IMG/VR virus record: IMGVR_UViG_3300033463_000046
Reading direction: 5' to 3' (one strand)
Source of the DNA: a virus
Lineage: Duplodnaviria; Heunggongvirae; Uroviricota; Caudoviricetes
Length of the DNA stretch: 64,000 bases
The position numbers and the translations under genes are program-made. Of this stretch, positions 11,410-21,096 are shown piece after piece. The notes under the pieces are model-generated. The model worked only from the letters and a program-made list of their open reading frames with translations. It searched no databases and was not told where the DNA came from. Numbering within the stretch: position 1 is the stretch's first letter; each line of letters opens with the position of its first letter.

Positions 11410-12210
11410 GATCGCATAAGAAGAAGTAAAAAAAGCAAAAGCGCTGCACACGCTAGATTTAAAATGGTGGTTATCTCCGCTGCCTACCTTTCAAGCTTCG
11501 GCTGTGAGAGGGGAAGATGCGGGTGAGGAGGGGTCGCAAGCCCTGATTCAAGTATTGTGAATAGCAACAGGTATAAGAGGGGGCACCTTCTGTAACTTCC
11601 GGCAGGAGACCTGGGTTTGAAGCAGCTATGAAGTCTAGTGTAGTTTTCGCAAGTTTTTATGAAAGCTTGTCCCCATGACATCTACCAGCAGAAGTGTTGG
11701 TGTGTAAGTACCTCGTAAACAAGGGATATAATGGTGTCACAAAGAGTCATATACTCAGCTCTTTACTTGCCTAGTTAGCTCAGATACTATAAGAGCGTTT
11801 CCTGGATGGAAAAGGTCGGGGGTGTAAATCCTTCACTAGGCACATTGGATTTTTCTTTAAAGCCATTTAGTTCTTCACACTGTGAAGTATGATAGAACGG
11901 AAGGTAGTTTAAGTGACATTGGGATGTGCATATTTTAGTGTCCGAGTTAAAACACGATTTCTTATATAAATCGTATGAGAGGGGCGGATCCTCTCCCTTC
12001 CACAATTCCGAGTTTAAATAAATTGGAGAGTTCGGAACTCCAAAGAGTTTTTGGTAGCCTTGCCGATCGGTGAGGAAGTGTGTTCGCTTGCAAGAAGAAA
12101 CAGTTTCCATACTGGCTTTAGTTATTGTAAGAAAGCGTTCGCGCGTCCCCTCAGTCAGAAATGGCTGAGGGTTTTATTTGGTAATTTATTTACAATAACA
12201 TAAATTTATT
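11410..12210. ncRNA. candidate structured non-coding region
   Basis: About 800 nt without ORFs; track ORFs on the minus strand are short and stop-ridden. GC-rich hairpins. Confidence 0.25.
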
Positions 12211-12214
12211 TAGT

Positions 12215-12766
12215 ATGGAAGAAAAAACAGTAAAATTCAGAGTCCATGCCCAGGGTGAACTTGAATTAGCGGTATCTTGCCCTATAGGCAAATACTATGT
12301 GAACCTGGAAGACCAAATGTTCTATTTTGAACCTAAGTCCGATGAGAAACCTTATGAGTTTATGTCTTCGATTATCTCTATTGTTGTAGCTATGAAGGGT
12401 AGCAAAGTTGCCCAAATGATATTGCATATGCATGCTCATTTTCTTTCTCTCAAGAAGGAGAATGTTACAAAAGTAGACGATGAGAAATATACTTATGACA
12501 TCTCTGTAGAAGGAGAAATGCAGCCTCTTGTCGATTCTGCTTATGGAACGCTGTATGGTAATGCTGAGTACAAGTGCTGCTACTTCGAGTCAGCTCACAA
12601 AGGTTTCATGCAGCCAATAGAGAAAAAGAAATTCGTAAGTGGTTTGAAGAGTGATCTTGCTGGTGATGATGAAGAAAGAAAAGAAGCAGCTGAGACTGTT
12701 TTAGCTGTCATCAAAGAGTTCACAGAACTACATGATGAGGACATTGTTCACGACGAAGCATCGTAA
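12215..12766 (+). CDS. hypothetical protein
   Basis: 183-aa ORF. Confidence 0.55.
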   Translation: MEEKTVKFRVHAQGELELAVSCPIGKYYVNLEDQMFYFEPKSDEKPYEFMSSIISIVVAMKGSKVAQMILHMHAHFLSLKKENVTKVDDEKYTYDISVEGEMQPLVDSAYGTLYGNAEYKCCYFESAHKGFMQPIEKKKFVSGLKSDLAGDDEERKEAAETVLAVIKEFTELHDEDIVHDEAS

Positions 12767-12852
12767 TCTCTAAGTTTTAAACGTTTAACGAATTTTAACT
12801 TTGGCATCTCTCTGACTTGTAGTAGTTTGGGAGGTGCCTTAATTCTGAAACT

Positions 12853-13101
12853 ATGAAACTATTAGAAGGCTTACAAAATCAGATTTCTCACTATATTAAA
12901 GGCACACAAGTCTTTGATAAAAGTGAGTTACTTAGGGTCATTAAAGAACATAACATTGTTTTTGCTAACAGTGTAATGATTGATCAGGATGAACAGGGTG
13001 AACATCTTATTCTGACATTTGATGACCAAATGGTTTGCTTCGAACTAATCTGGAGACAAGAAGGTCCTAGATTTACTCTAATAGAACTAAGATTAGCTTA
13101 G
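12853..13101 (+). CDS. hypothetical protein; ends with tandem TAG TAG
   Basis: 82-aa ORF. TAG at 13099-13101 is immediately followed by TAG at 13102-13104. Confidence 0.5.
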   Translation: MKLLEGLQNQISHYIKGTQVFDKSELLRVIKEHNIVFANSVMIDQDEQGEHLILTFDDQMVCFELIWRQEGPRFTLIELRLA

Positions 13102-13107
13102 TAGGTC

Positions 13108-13193
13108 GGCGTGATGATGGAATTGGTAGACATGCCAGACTTAAAATCTTGTGGGCAGCAATGCCCGTGCGGGTTCGAGTCCCGCTCGCGCTA
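13108..13193 (+). tRNA. tRNA-Leu (anticodon TAA), type II
   Basis: Acceptor ggcgtga/tcgcgct with 2 GU pairs, 3-bp D-stem, anticodon loop ctTAAaa, variable arm gggcagcaatgccc, T-arm gcggg-ttcgagt-cccgc. Confidence 0.7.
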
Positions 13194-13219
13194 CAGTAAA
13201 ACTCTAATTAATAAGAAAT

Positions 13220-14140
13220 ATGCGAAAATTAAACGAAGTATTCTTCGCCAAGGACGGCGAGTATGGTTTGACTGAAACACAGGCAAGCCACCTTTGTGCT
13301 CTCGCAGCTCAAATCAAAGAACAATATGAAGCAACATTGCAGAATGTGAGCTTTGTAAACACTACGATGTCAATTGTAGGTGAGCAAGGAGAACACATAA
13401 CAGATGCAGGTTACACAGACTTGCAAATCATTGAAGAGGCTATTGCTAAGGTCTCAAGTATGAACGCATTTATCAGCTGGTTTGCTGAGGCACGTAAAGA
13501 GCTTGAAGAGTATCGTACTGCACGTACTCGTTACGATCTTACTGGATGGTGTGAGGAAGTTGGGAAGAAATATCCCGATTCTCCTGAGAACCACATTAAT
13601 GATGTAACAATGTCAACTCTCGAAGATATTGTCAACGAGATGAACATTAAGGACAGACAAACTTATCTTGCACTTGAGGCTAAGAGTGCAGTGTATGGTA
13701 AGTTTATCCATCCTCGCAATCCAATGGAACTTGCTCGTAACAAGATGCATAAGATTGCTAAGGCTCCTTATGCAACTCAAGGTAGTGGACGTGACACGCT
13801 CATTTATCATTATGAGCCATCTGTGAATGTTGAGAGTGTTGATACTCTGTACAACAAACTCCAAGCTGAGTATCGTGAAACAGAGCAGAAACTCAATCAC
13901 ATGAAATCCGACTTGCGTAAGAAGTTGGATGCCAAGAACATTGAGGAGAATAACAAGAAGCAAGAGAAGATCGCAGAATATCGCAAAGCTTATGATGATT
14001 ATCATAATGAGCTGACTCAGTTGACCGCAGAGTACAACAAGTGGTTAACTGAAGAGAATGCGAGAATTGCTCAGTATCGCTTCGTTATTCCTGAGAAACT
14101 TGCAGAGACTGAGAAGTATCTGAAGAATCTTGGGAAATAA
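13220..14140 (+). CDS. hypothetical protein
   Basis: 306-aa ORF. Confidence 0.6.
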   Translation: MRKLNEVFFAKDGEYGLTETQASHLCALAAQIKEQYEATLQNVSFVNTTMSIVGEQGEHITDAGYTDLQIIEEAIAKVSSMNAFISWFAEARKELEEYRTARTRYDLTGWCEEVGKKYPDSPENHINDVTMSTLEDIVNEMNIKDRQTYLALEAKSAVYGKFIHPRNPMELARNKMHKIAKAPYATQGSGRDTLIYHYEPSVNVESVDTLYNKLQAEYRETEQKLNHMKSDLRKKLDAKNIEENNKKQEKIAEYRKAYDDYHNELTQLTAEYNKWLTEENARIAQYRFVIPEKLAETEKYLKNLGK

Positions 14141-14492
14141 ATCCTCTAGGATAGGTTAAGAGACTTGACCTTGCCACTATTGGTTTTACAACCTTTGTGT
14201 GGGTCCAAGGTCTAACTCTTATTTGAGAAATGAAGGACTAGCACCCTACATTGTAAGTATCAGGACATTAAAGAATCTGCCCTTATAAGGCGGACTTATT
14301 CGATCAGAGATCGAATGTTACTTCTAGACAGCACATACGAAATACAACTTTTGGCTTTCGAGCTGCCCCAACGGAATTACTCTAAATCTTTCTTGTTGGG
14401 CTCAGTCTAAGTCTCAGTTGTATGTGCTGGTCTCAGTTCCTGATTCAGACTCAGACTGCACGCTGAGTCTTTCAGTTCTACTATCCTAACTA

Positions 14493-14564
14493 GCAGGTGT
14501 AGCACAATGGTTAGTGCATCAGTTTGCCATACTGGGGACGGGAGTTCGATTCTCCTCACCTGCT
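14493..14564 (+). tRNA. tRNA-Gly (GCC)
   Basis: Acceptor gcaggtg/cacctgc, D gcac-aatggtta-gtgc, anticodon loop ttGCCat, T-arm gggag-ttcgatt-ctcct. Confidence 0.8.
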
Positions 14565-14845
14565 CTAACTTTTATGTGGTATAGTGTAAGGGTAGTCTTA
14601 CATTATCTGGATAATGTTAAAATGGGTATAGTTACATGAGATAAGAGTAGTCCAGAATGCTCCTCTGAAGTTATGTACCTTGAAGATGTAGCACGATATG
14701 AGCGTATGCTCATATTGAGAGAGTTCGAGTCTCTCTACCACAACTAGATAATAGAAGTTAAACATTTAAAATAGTTATAATTATGAAGAAGTATTTACGA
14801 AAACGCTTGTTAGGTTACACCGAGATCTAACAGCTCCAATCGTAT

Positions 14846-14936
14846 ATCGGTAAGTGCGTGGAAACAGGCGGATTACATCGGGCTTTTAACCCGAATAGCA
14901 GGGTTCGACTCCCTGTTGGAGCACAAATCAACTCCT
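14846..14936 (+). tRNA. atypically long (91 nt) tRNA-Lys(TTT)-like gene with about 19 extra nt in the D region
   Basis: Perfect acceptor gctccaa/ttggagc; anticodon arm tcggg-ctTTTaa-cccga; T-arm caggg-ttcgact-ccctg. 36 nt lie between acceptor and anticodon stem where 17 are expected. Confidence 0.45.
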
Positions 14937-15460
14937 GCGAGGAAGATTAACGGCAGATTCTATCACTACTGGAGAAGTCATATTCTAGACTAAAACTTCT
15001 CATAACAGTATATTCAAATGGATGTGGTTAGACCTGATGTCAGTCTAGAATGACTGATGGAAGTTGAACATCTTAGAATTCACTGATCACCACCGCTAAC
15101 TGAGGTGGAGGAAGCAAGTTCGACTCTTGCCCTCGCAACATATTCCGAATAGTTATTCATAGTTGCCTATTGGAGACTGACTGCTCCTTTAGGAATGGGT
15201 GATTCAACGTTCAGAGTTAAACTCCTACTGTACAGTCAGATGGTAGGTGCTCCAGAGTTCGCCTGATGGGTTCAAGGAGCATTTTTAAAGAATCAACAAG
15301 TCCATTTACTTAAGTTGCAGTTGTTAAAATAATGAAGCTAACAAAAACAATGAACGCCTTAGTATAAACTTTTTTGAGATAAACTACTTACTCTTGCTTC
15401 AGAGAAGTGCATCTAAGTTGGGAAGACCATTGGGTTATGGTTCCGTTAGAAGATGCAATT

Positions 15461-15532
15461 GCGGGTATAGCACAACGGTTAGTGTAGGAGATTTCCAATC
15501 TTCTGATGTGGGTTCGATTCCCATTACCCGCT
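15461..15532 (+). tRNA. tRNA-Gly (TCC)
   Basis: Acceptor gcgggta/tacccgc, anticodon loop ttTCCaa, T-arm gtggg-ttcgatt-cccat. Confidence 0.8.
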
Positions 15533-15960
15533 CTATAATTTATGATGTATGATACGTAGAATTACAGAAGTTCGAGAAACTACTATTTATGTCGGAGACA
15601 AGCTGATAGTAGTGAAAGAAGAAGTCCACACAATTAGGATTCTTCCAGACACACCCGAGGATTAGCTGCATCTTCCTCGTTAAAATCGCGATGTAGCCGC
15701 AGAGATCCGGCACTGGTGTTAAGCGTCCGGTCATTCTTCGACCAGAATTTTCTTTTGAAATAAAGAAGCTGGCAGAGCTCAAAAGAGTGAATGCCTCTAG
15801 GATGGTAACCTGGAGGCTTTTTCTTTGAAAGTCTGATTTTGCTCATAATAGGTTGGAAAAGTTGAGAATTATCTATAATATCGCATGATATATCAATAGA
15901 TAATTTCTCAACTATTCCGGATTCATGTTGAGAACTAAATTAATTAAACGTTTAATTATT

Positions 15961-17190
15961 ATGAATGAAATTTAGAAATTTAAGCAAGGAAGAAAAGTAC
16001 TTTCTGCTAAATTCGGTGACAATTTTAAAAGAGTTGGCACAGCAAGTAATGGTTTATCTGGTATATATTTCAATCCTGACGATAATCAATTATGGAAAGG
16101 TGGATTAACTGGATATAGTAGAATAGGAGATACATATAGTTATTATTCAGGATTAGGAGGAGGTGTTATTAAAGCTTCTGACTACATTGAAAAGCCTAAG
16201 ACAGGAGTTACTACAAGAACTTCTAGTAATCCAGGTGAAATAGTAGTTAATGGTAAAAGATACGCCTCGAAAGCTGATTGGGTAAAAGAACAAAGAGCAC
16301 AAAGAGAACAACAACCATAGGAAGTAGTAATAACTGGTAGGGCTGGTAAAAGATCTGCTTCTAAAGTCACACCAAGAGGTCAGGGATATTGGGATAAACA
16401 ATACCAAGATTTCTTAGGTAAGATGACTGACGATTAGAAAGCGTGGTTAGCATAGAGAGGTATTGATTATAATTCTGCTCAACAAATGCAAACTTATTTA
16501 GCTAATCATGGTCAAGATCTTGGTAAATGGGGTGCTGATGGTAAATGGGCAGGTGCTTCCCAAGCAGCTTGGGATAATTTCGTTGCAACAACAATGAAGA
16601 ATAATCCTTTACAAACTCCTGTAAGAGATCCACAACCTACAGTTGAACCAGTAGTTGATGCTGCAGACCCATTCGGATATAAGACATCTAATCATTATGG
16701 TGATGGCTTTGCTTTAAAGAATATGGGATTCAGTAATTATGCTGGATTACAAAAATTTGCTATGGGTGATGATCAATTTGCTAAAGACTTACGTGAAAGA
16801 TTTGGTCAAGATGTAAGTCAGTGGGATCAAGCAGCTGTAGAAGGCGCATTGAATGTAAGTGGTCGTTATCGTGGTGGTAGAAGTGGCGACTTTGGTGATA
16901 TGGCTCGTAGTATGCAAGATTGGGCTGCTAAGAAAAATGCTGCATATGATCAAAAAGAATTAGCTTCTAGAACTGGTGCAAGTGGTACAACATATTCTTC
17001 TCCAGAAATGATGAAGAAATTTGAGAGTATTAAAATATCCCCAGAAGTTAAATATGGTTAGAGTACTAAGTTTGATTTTAGTAATATGAAGTTTAATTCT
17101 GGATTTGGTAATACTGGCACTAATACTCTTGGAGATGCTGGGGCAGGTACTATGAACAATCAAAAACAATTAGCATATGCGGATAAGTAA
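15961..17190 (+). CDS. peptidoglycan-binding-domain protein with in-frame TAG codons (recoded)
   Basis: One frame from ATG 15961 through track ORF 16486-17061 to TAA at 17188. In-frame TAG at codon 5 and four more. Motif MQTYLANHGQDLGKWGADGKWAGASQAAWDNFV resembles PG_binding_1. Confidence 0.5.
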
Positions 17191-18235
17191 ATTACAATAC
17201 GGAAATTCACTTTTGGAGGCAAGTAATCGACAAAGAGGAAAAGTTCAAGCTTGGGGTAATAGAGGTATTCAGCAAGTTGGTATGCAAGCTAAACAAGCTG
17301 AAGAAGAAGTTATTCAATATAAAAAAGCTACTGCTCGTGCTAATAAGAAGACAAAGACTCCTATGTAGTCAAATAACTTGGCTAAACTTCAAGACCAATT
17401 ATGGAGAATTGGAGCATTCAAAGGAGTTAAAGATAGAAGAGGAAATGAATCTACATACTAGACTGCTGTTGATGGTATCAAAGGTAATATGACCAATACT
17501 GCTATTGCTAATGCTCAGAAAATGGGTTTCACTATTAACAATGATGGTAGTCTTAGTAAGACATCTGATACATCATCAAAAGTCACAAGTACTGCTAAAA
17601 CACCAGAATAGTCTTCTAAAAAGACTAGATTTATGACATCTAGTGGTCCAATGATGCCTGCTCAAGTAATGGCACAAGCTTCAGAAGCTATTGCTAATAA
17701 CAAGACACTACAAAATACTGCAGACTTCTTAGGACATAATCCTGCTGCTATGGCTTTAGAAGATTTAGATAGAGCTACTTCAAACCGTTTAGCTGAATCA
17801 TTATTTGGTATAAGACCTTTCAAAGGTAGAACTGTTACTCGTTTACCTAATCTATAGACTGAGGAATTAAAGAAATAGGTTTTATTTGCTAGAAGTAAAG
17901 GTTAGAATAACTTTAATTCTGATATGTATAAAGCTATGTATGGTTATAATTATGCGTCTCGTAATGGAAAAGGTGGACAAGATAGAAGTGGATTTTGGAA
18001 TAGAATGGATACTCCTACGGGACGTCTTGAGCATACATTAGGTGCTTATGGTTTTTATGTAGATAATAATGGTGACACAATAGTTGAGGATACATACGAT
18101 TTTAATGTTGGACAAAAATAGGGAGGAGATGGAAGATATGCTGTAACCCGTAATTTCTTAGGAGAATTCGGAAGCAAATCTACTGATCCTAACGAGGGTA
18201 AAATCAAATATAGGATTAATTTAGGTAAATTATGA
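17177..18235 (+). CDS. peptidoglycan-binding-domain protein with multiple in-frame TAG codons (recoded)
   Basis: Track ORFs 17177-17368, 17633-17857 and 17924-18121 share one frame and are separated only by TAGs; the frame ends at TGA 18233-18235. LQDQLWRIGAFKG...DGIKGNMTNTAIANAQKMGF is PG_binding_1-like. Confidence 0.5.
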
Positions 18236-18528
18236 CGAATGATTTGATTTCTAATCCCAGTACTGAAGCAGATTACTACTGTAATTTAATTATTAAAACT
18301 TCTGATGATATCGCTAAAGATATAGGAGTTTCTTATAGTGAATTATGGATAGGAATTATGCTTCTCGTGATTACTATAATAGGCTATTATATTGTAGTAT
18401 CATGTGGTTCCCTCTATTCTAAATATAAAACACTATTTAAGTGGATGTTTTGGATAGGAATAATCTTTATAGGAGTATTGATATTCATCTTTATGAGTAT
18501 AGTATCGACACTCTACGTAAATCCTTGA
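18232..18528 (+). CDS. membrane protein (holin-like candidate)
   Basis: 98 aa with two hydrophobic segments; ATGA overlap with the upstream gene; adjacent to the amidase. Confidence 0.5.
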   Translation: MTNDLISNPSTEADYYCNLIIKTSDDIAKDIGVSYSELWIGIMLLVITIIGYYIVVSCGSLYSKYKTLFKWMFWIGIIFIGVLIFIFMSIVSTLYVNP

Positions 18529-18548
18529 ATAGCCAAGGATTTAATATC

Positions 18549-18621
18549 GCGGGATAACTGGAGGTGGTTCCCAGACTAGGCTCATAACCTAGAAACGTTG
18601 GTTCGAGTCCGACTCCCGCTA
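18549..18621 (+). tRNA. tRNA with CAT anticodon (Met/fMet/Ile-lysidine class)
   Basis: Acceptor gcgggat/ctcccgc (6 of 7 pairs), D ctgg-aggtggttc-ccag, anticodon arm ctagg-ctCATaa-cctag, T-arm gttgg-ttcgagt-ccgac. Confidence 0.65.
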
Positions 18622-18627
18622 CACATC

Positions 18628-18707
18628 GTGGTCGAGTGAAACTGGATAGTTATAAATCACACTAGTCTCATAAGCTAGGAATAACAGGTTCGACTCCTGT
18701 GACCGCA
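18628..18707 (+). tRNA. tRNA-like with CAT anticodon, 80 nt, extended D region
   Basis: Acceptor gtggtcg/tgaccgc (2 GU), anticodon arm ctagt-ctCATaa-gctag, T-arm cagg-ttcgact-cctg. About 7 extra nt lie 5' of the anticodon stem. Confidence 0.45.
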
Positions 18708-18819
18708 ACACTTATTAAAATTATTGTTAAACAACGGTGCTGTCGTGAGACAGTCGTGTTATCCTTTACGTCGCAAGACGTGCTTTGTCATAGGCTTTGG
18801 GGACAGTGGTCTCCTAAAT

Positions 18820-18892
18820 AGCAGTATAGCTTAGCGGCCTAAAGCGCAGCACTCATAATGCTGAGATCGTAGGTTCGAATCCAACTACTGCT
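18820..18892 (+). tRNA. tRNA with CAT anticodon
   Basis: Acceptor agcagta/tactgct, D gctt-agcggccta-aagc, anticodon arm cagca-ctCATaa-tgctg, T-arm gtagg-ttcgaat-ccaac. Confidence 0.75.
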
Positions 18893-18928
18893 ACGCTTTT
18901 GATTTTTGATAGGTATAGCATAAAAAAA

Positions 18929-18962
18929 GGTAGCCATTCGTGAGAACAGCTACCTTATTTTT
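18929..18962. terminator. bidirectional intrinsic terminator
   Basis: ggtagc-cattcgtgagaaca-gctacc flanked by an A-run upstream and ttattttt downstream. Sits between the convergent tRNA array and the amidase gene. Confidence 0.6.
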
Positions 18963-19556
18963 GTAAGTATTTTAAAATACCTTCAACATGAAGTCTTACA
19001 ATATCTTGAAAACCTCTGTCACTAAGGAGATAATCAACATCTGATTTATTATCTTGGAAGAAGTTTTCAGTAAGAACAGCAGGACAAATAGTATGTTTAA
19101 GAACATATAAATGTGCTTCCTTATCTGGATCTCCATCAGAAAAATCAGTGCGCATTCTTTTATCTTGTGCATTATATTTGGCAGCATTATACAAACAGGT
19201 AGCTAAATCATCTGCTTTTGTTTTACCAGGAGTAGTATAAACTTCCCAGCCTGTTCCAGTGTGCCATTTACCATCTGATGATGCAGCATTAACATGAATA
19301 CTTACATATATGCAATCCCCATATACTTTGCATAAATCATTTACAACCTTACAACGTAGACAAAGTTCCTATGATTGAGTAACATTTAAATCATCATCTT
19401 CAATGTCTATAAATACCTAATAACCATAATCCTATAGGATTGCTTTTACTGCTGCAACAATTTCTCTAGAATAAGCGTATTCTTTAAGTCTTTTGTCTGG
19501 TGAACATTTACCAGGTGTACTTTTTAAATGTGCAGTACCTAAAATAATTGTTTTCA
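18955..19556 (-). CDS. N-acetylmuramoyl-L-alanine amidase (Amidase_3-like endolysin) with 3 in-frame TAG codons
   Basis: Minus-strand ATG at 19556. MKTIILGTAHLKSTPGKCSPDKRLKEYAYSREIVAAVKAIL-x-DYGY-x-VFID...VSIHVNAASSDGKWHTGTGWEVYTTPGKTKADD..., where x marks a TAG. This continues into track ORF 18955-19194 and ends at TAA. Shows the Amidase_3 blocks. Confidence 0.75.
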
Positions 19557-19642
19557 TAGTAAAATAGTTATTTAATTTGTTTAACATAAATCTGAATACT
19601 AAATTAGTCAAAATTGTCTCTAACTAAAAATTATTTATTATT

Positions 19643-19861
19643 ATGATAGGAATTTATGTAATAGGAGTCGTTTTAACATTTATTATATCTATTGCTCTTT
19701 GTCGGTATGATGAAAAAAGATATAATAGCGACATGCAATATGAAATGTGTGCTGCAATCTCTCTATTCTCATGGATAGGATTAATAGGATTAGCAATAGC
19801 ATATAGAAATGAAATAAGAACAGTTCTGAGGACACGTAAGTGTAGCAATGTACCACGTTAA
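19643..19861 (+). CDS. small membrane protein
   Basis: 72 aa with two TM-like segments. Confidence 0.45.
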   Translation: MIGIYVIGVVLTFIISIALCRYDEKRYNSDMQYEMCAAISLFSWIGLIGLAIAYRNEIRTVLRTRKCSNVPR

Positions 19862-19994
19862 GAAGTACGCGTGAGTGGTACTACGCTGGTGGGCCGTCTC
19901 ATTAAACATCGAAATCCAAAATCGCGATACGGATTAGAGTCACTATTGAGATAGGAAAGGTGAAAGACCTTTAAGTAAGAACTGTTCTTTCCTC

Positions 19995-20066
19995 GGGAGT
20001 GTAGCGTAATTGGCTAACGTGCCTCCCTGTCACGGAGGAGTTCGGGGTTCGAGTCCCCCACTTCCG
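19995..20066 (+). tRNA. tRNA-Asp (GTC)
   Basis: Acceptor gggagtg/cacttcc, D gcgt-aattggcta-acgt, anticodon arm cctcc-ctGTCac-ggagg, T-loop ttcgagt. Confidence 0.75.
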
Positions 20067-20183
20067 GCTAAAAAACCAGTCCACGAGTTCCGTTGAAAGC
20101 TCGCATAGCATAGGACTTAATTTATACATCGTTAACGGAGATGTATGATTAGCAGGGTTTTGTGGTTATTCCCTGCAAAGCTT

Positions 20184-20257
20184 GCCCCAATAGCTTTAAT
20201 TGGTAGAGCAGCTGACTTGTAATCAGCAGGTTGTCGGTTCGAGTCCGGCTTGGGGCT
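20184..20257 (+). tRNA. tRNA-Thr (TGT)
   Basis: Acceptor gccccaa/ttggggc, D gctt-taattggta-gagc, anticodon arm gctga-ctTGTaa-tcagc, T-arm gtcgg-ttcgagt-ccggc. Confidence 0.85.
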
Positions 20258-20298
20258 CAATTTATTTATTTATTTATTAACTTAATTAATTATTTATT

Positions 20299-20688
20299 AT
20301 GGCTAATTTATTTATTTTAAAAACAGTTCATGACAATGGTGAGTACAACGTTTGCTTAGGAGAATCTTATAGCAAAATTCATTTAACTGGTATTAAAGAT
20401 ATATCAGATAATTGTGCTACACATGAGATTATTCGAGAGTGTGCAGAATATATTAATGAAACTGACCATCCTTTCGATACTTTAGATTTTGTTGTTTCTG
20501 GAGATGGTAATGTTTATGATTTGTCCAGAAATCCTTGGGGATTTGAAACTGGTGTTAAATGTTATTACATAACTTTAGGTGGAAATACTGTTGATAAAAT
20601 TGTCCCTAAAGAGTATGAGAAAGAAGAACTTGATGAAGTTTGGAAGGAACTCATTGATGATCCTGATTTAAATTGGGATTGGGATTAG
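20299..20688 (+). CDS. hypothetical protein
   Basis: 129-aa ORF. Confidence 0.55.
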   Translation: MANLFILKTVHDNGEYNVCLGESYSKIHLTGIKDISDNCATHEIIRECAEYINETDHPFDTLDFVVSGDGNVYDLSRNPWGFETGVKCYYITLGGNTVDKIVPKEYEKEELDEVWKELIDDPDLNWDWD

Positions 20689-20714
20689 TAATTTGTGGAT
20701 TAATTCCACAAACA

Positions 20715-20798
20715 GGGCACGCGCCGAAGTTGGAGAGTCGGGCTTGACTGTAAATCAAGTGCCTTACGGCTGAGTAGGTTCGAATCCTACCGGGCCCA
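20715..20798 (+). tRNA. tRNA-Tyr (GTA), type II
   Basis: Acceptor gggcacg/cgggccc (one mismatch), 3-bp D-stem, anticodon arm cttga-ctGTAaa-tcaag, long variable arm, T-arm gtagg-ttcgaat-cctac. Confidence 0.7.
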
Positions 20799-20827
20799 CA
20801 AAAAATACTTATCAAAAACTCTTAATT

Positions 20828-21088
20828 ATGAAAAGATTCTATTTCAAAAAGCTTAAGGGAAAAGTAAATCCCAATCCACGTAGGTTTACTCTAGACATTT
20901 ATGAGAGGTATCTTACTGAAGAAGACAAAGTTCATGTAATTCATTGCGTGAATAGAGTAGATTTCAATAAGACTTTAAACTTCTTAAAGATGCACATATT
21001 CTTAAACATTAGTACTGATGATAAAGAGTTGTTAATCTATATGCCAAAGAGTTATATCTTAATGGTGGAGAGTGTCTCAGATGTCTGA
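20828..21088 (+). CDS. hypothetical protein
   Basis: 86-aa ORF ending in hairpin gtctcag-atg-tctgagac. Confidence 0.5.
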   Translation: MKRFYFKKLKGKVNPNPRRFTLDIYERYLTEEDKVHVIHCVNRVDFNKTLNFLKMHIFLNISTDDKELLIYMPKSYILMVESVSDV

Positions 21089-21096
21089 GACATTTC

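Noticed and set aside
3690-12210. Group I/II intron interpretation of the long non-coding stretches
   Set aside because: No split host gene (exon halves) is apparent around any of them. Conserved intron cores could not be recognised by eye. Kept only as an alternative to be tested with covariance models.
13613-14005. Minus-strand ORF 13613-14005 and similar antisense ORFs (16153-16407, 22098-22283, 43612-43917, 61058-61339, 62300-62614)
   Set aside because: Each is fully contained antisense within a longer, better-supported plus-strand gene.
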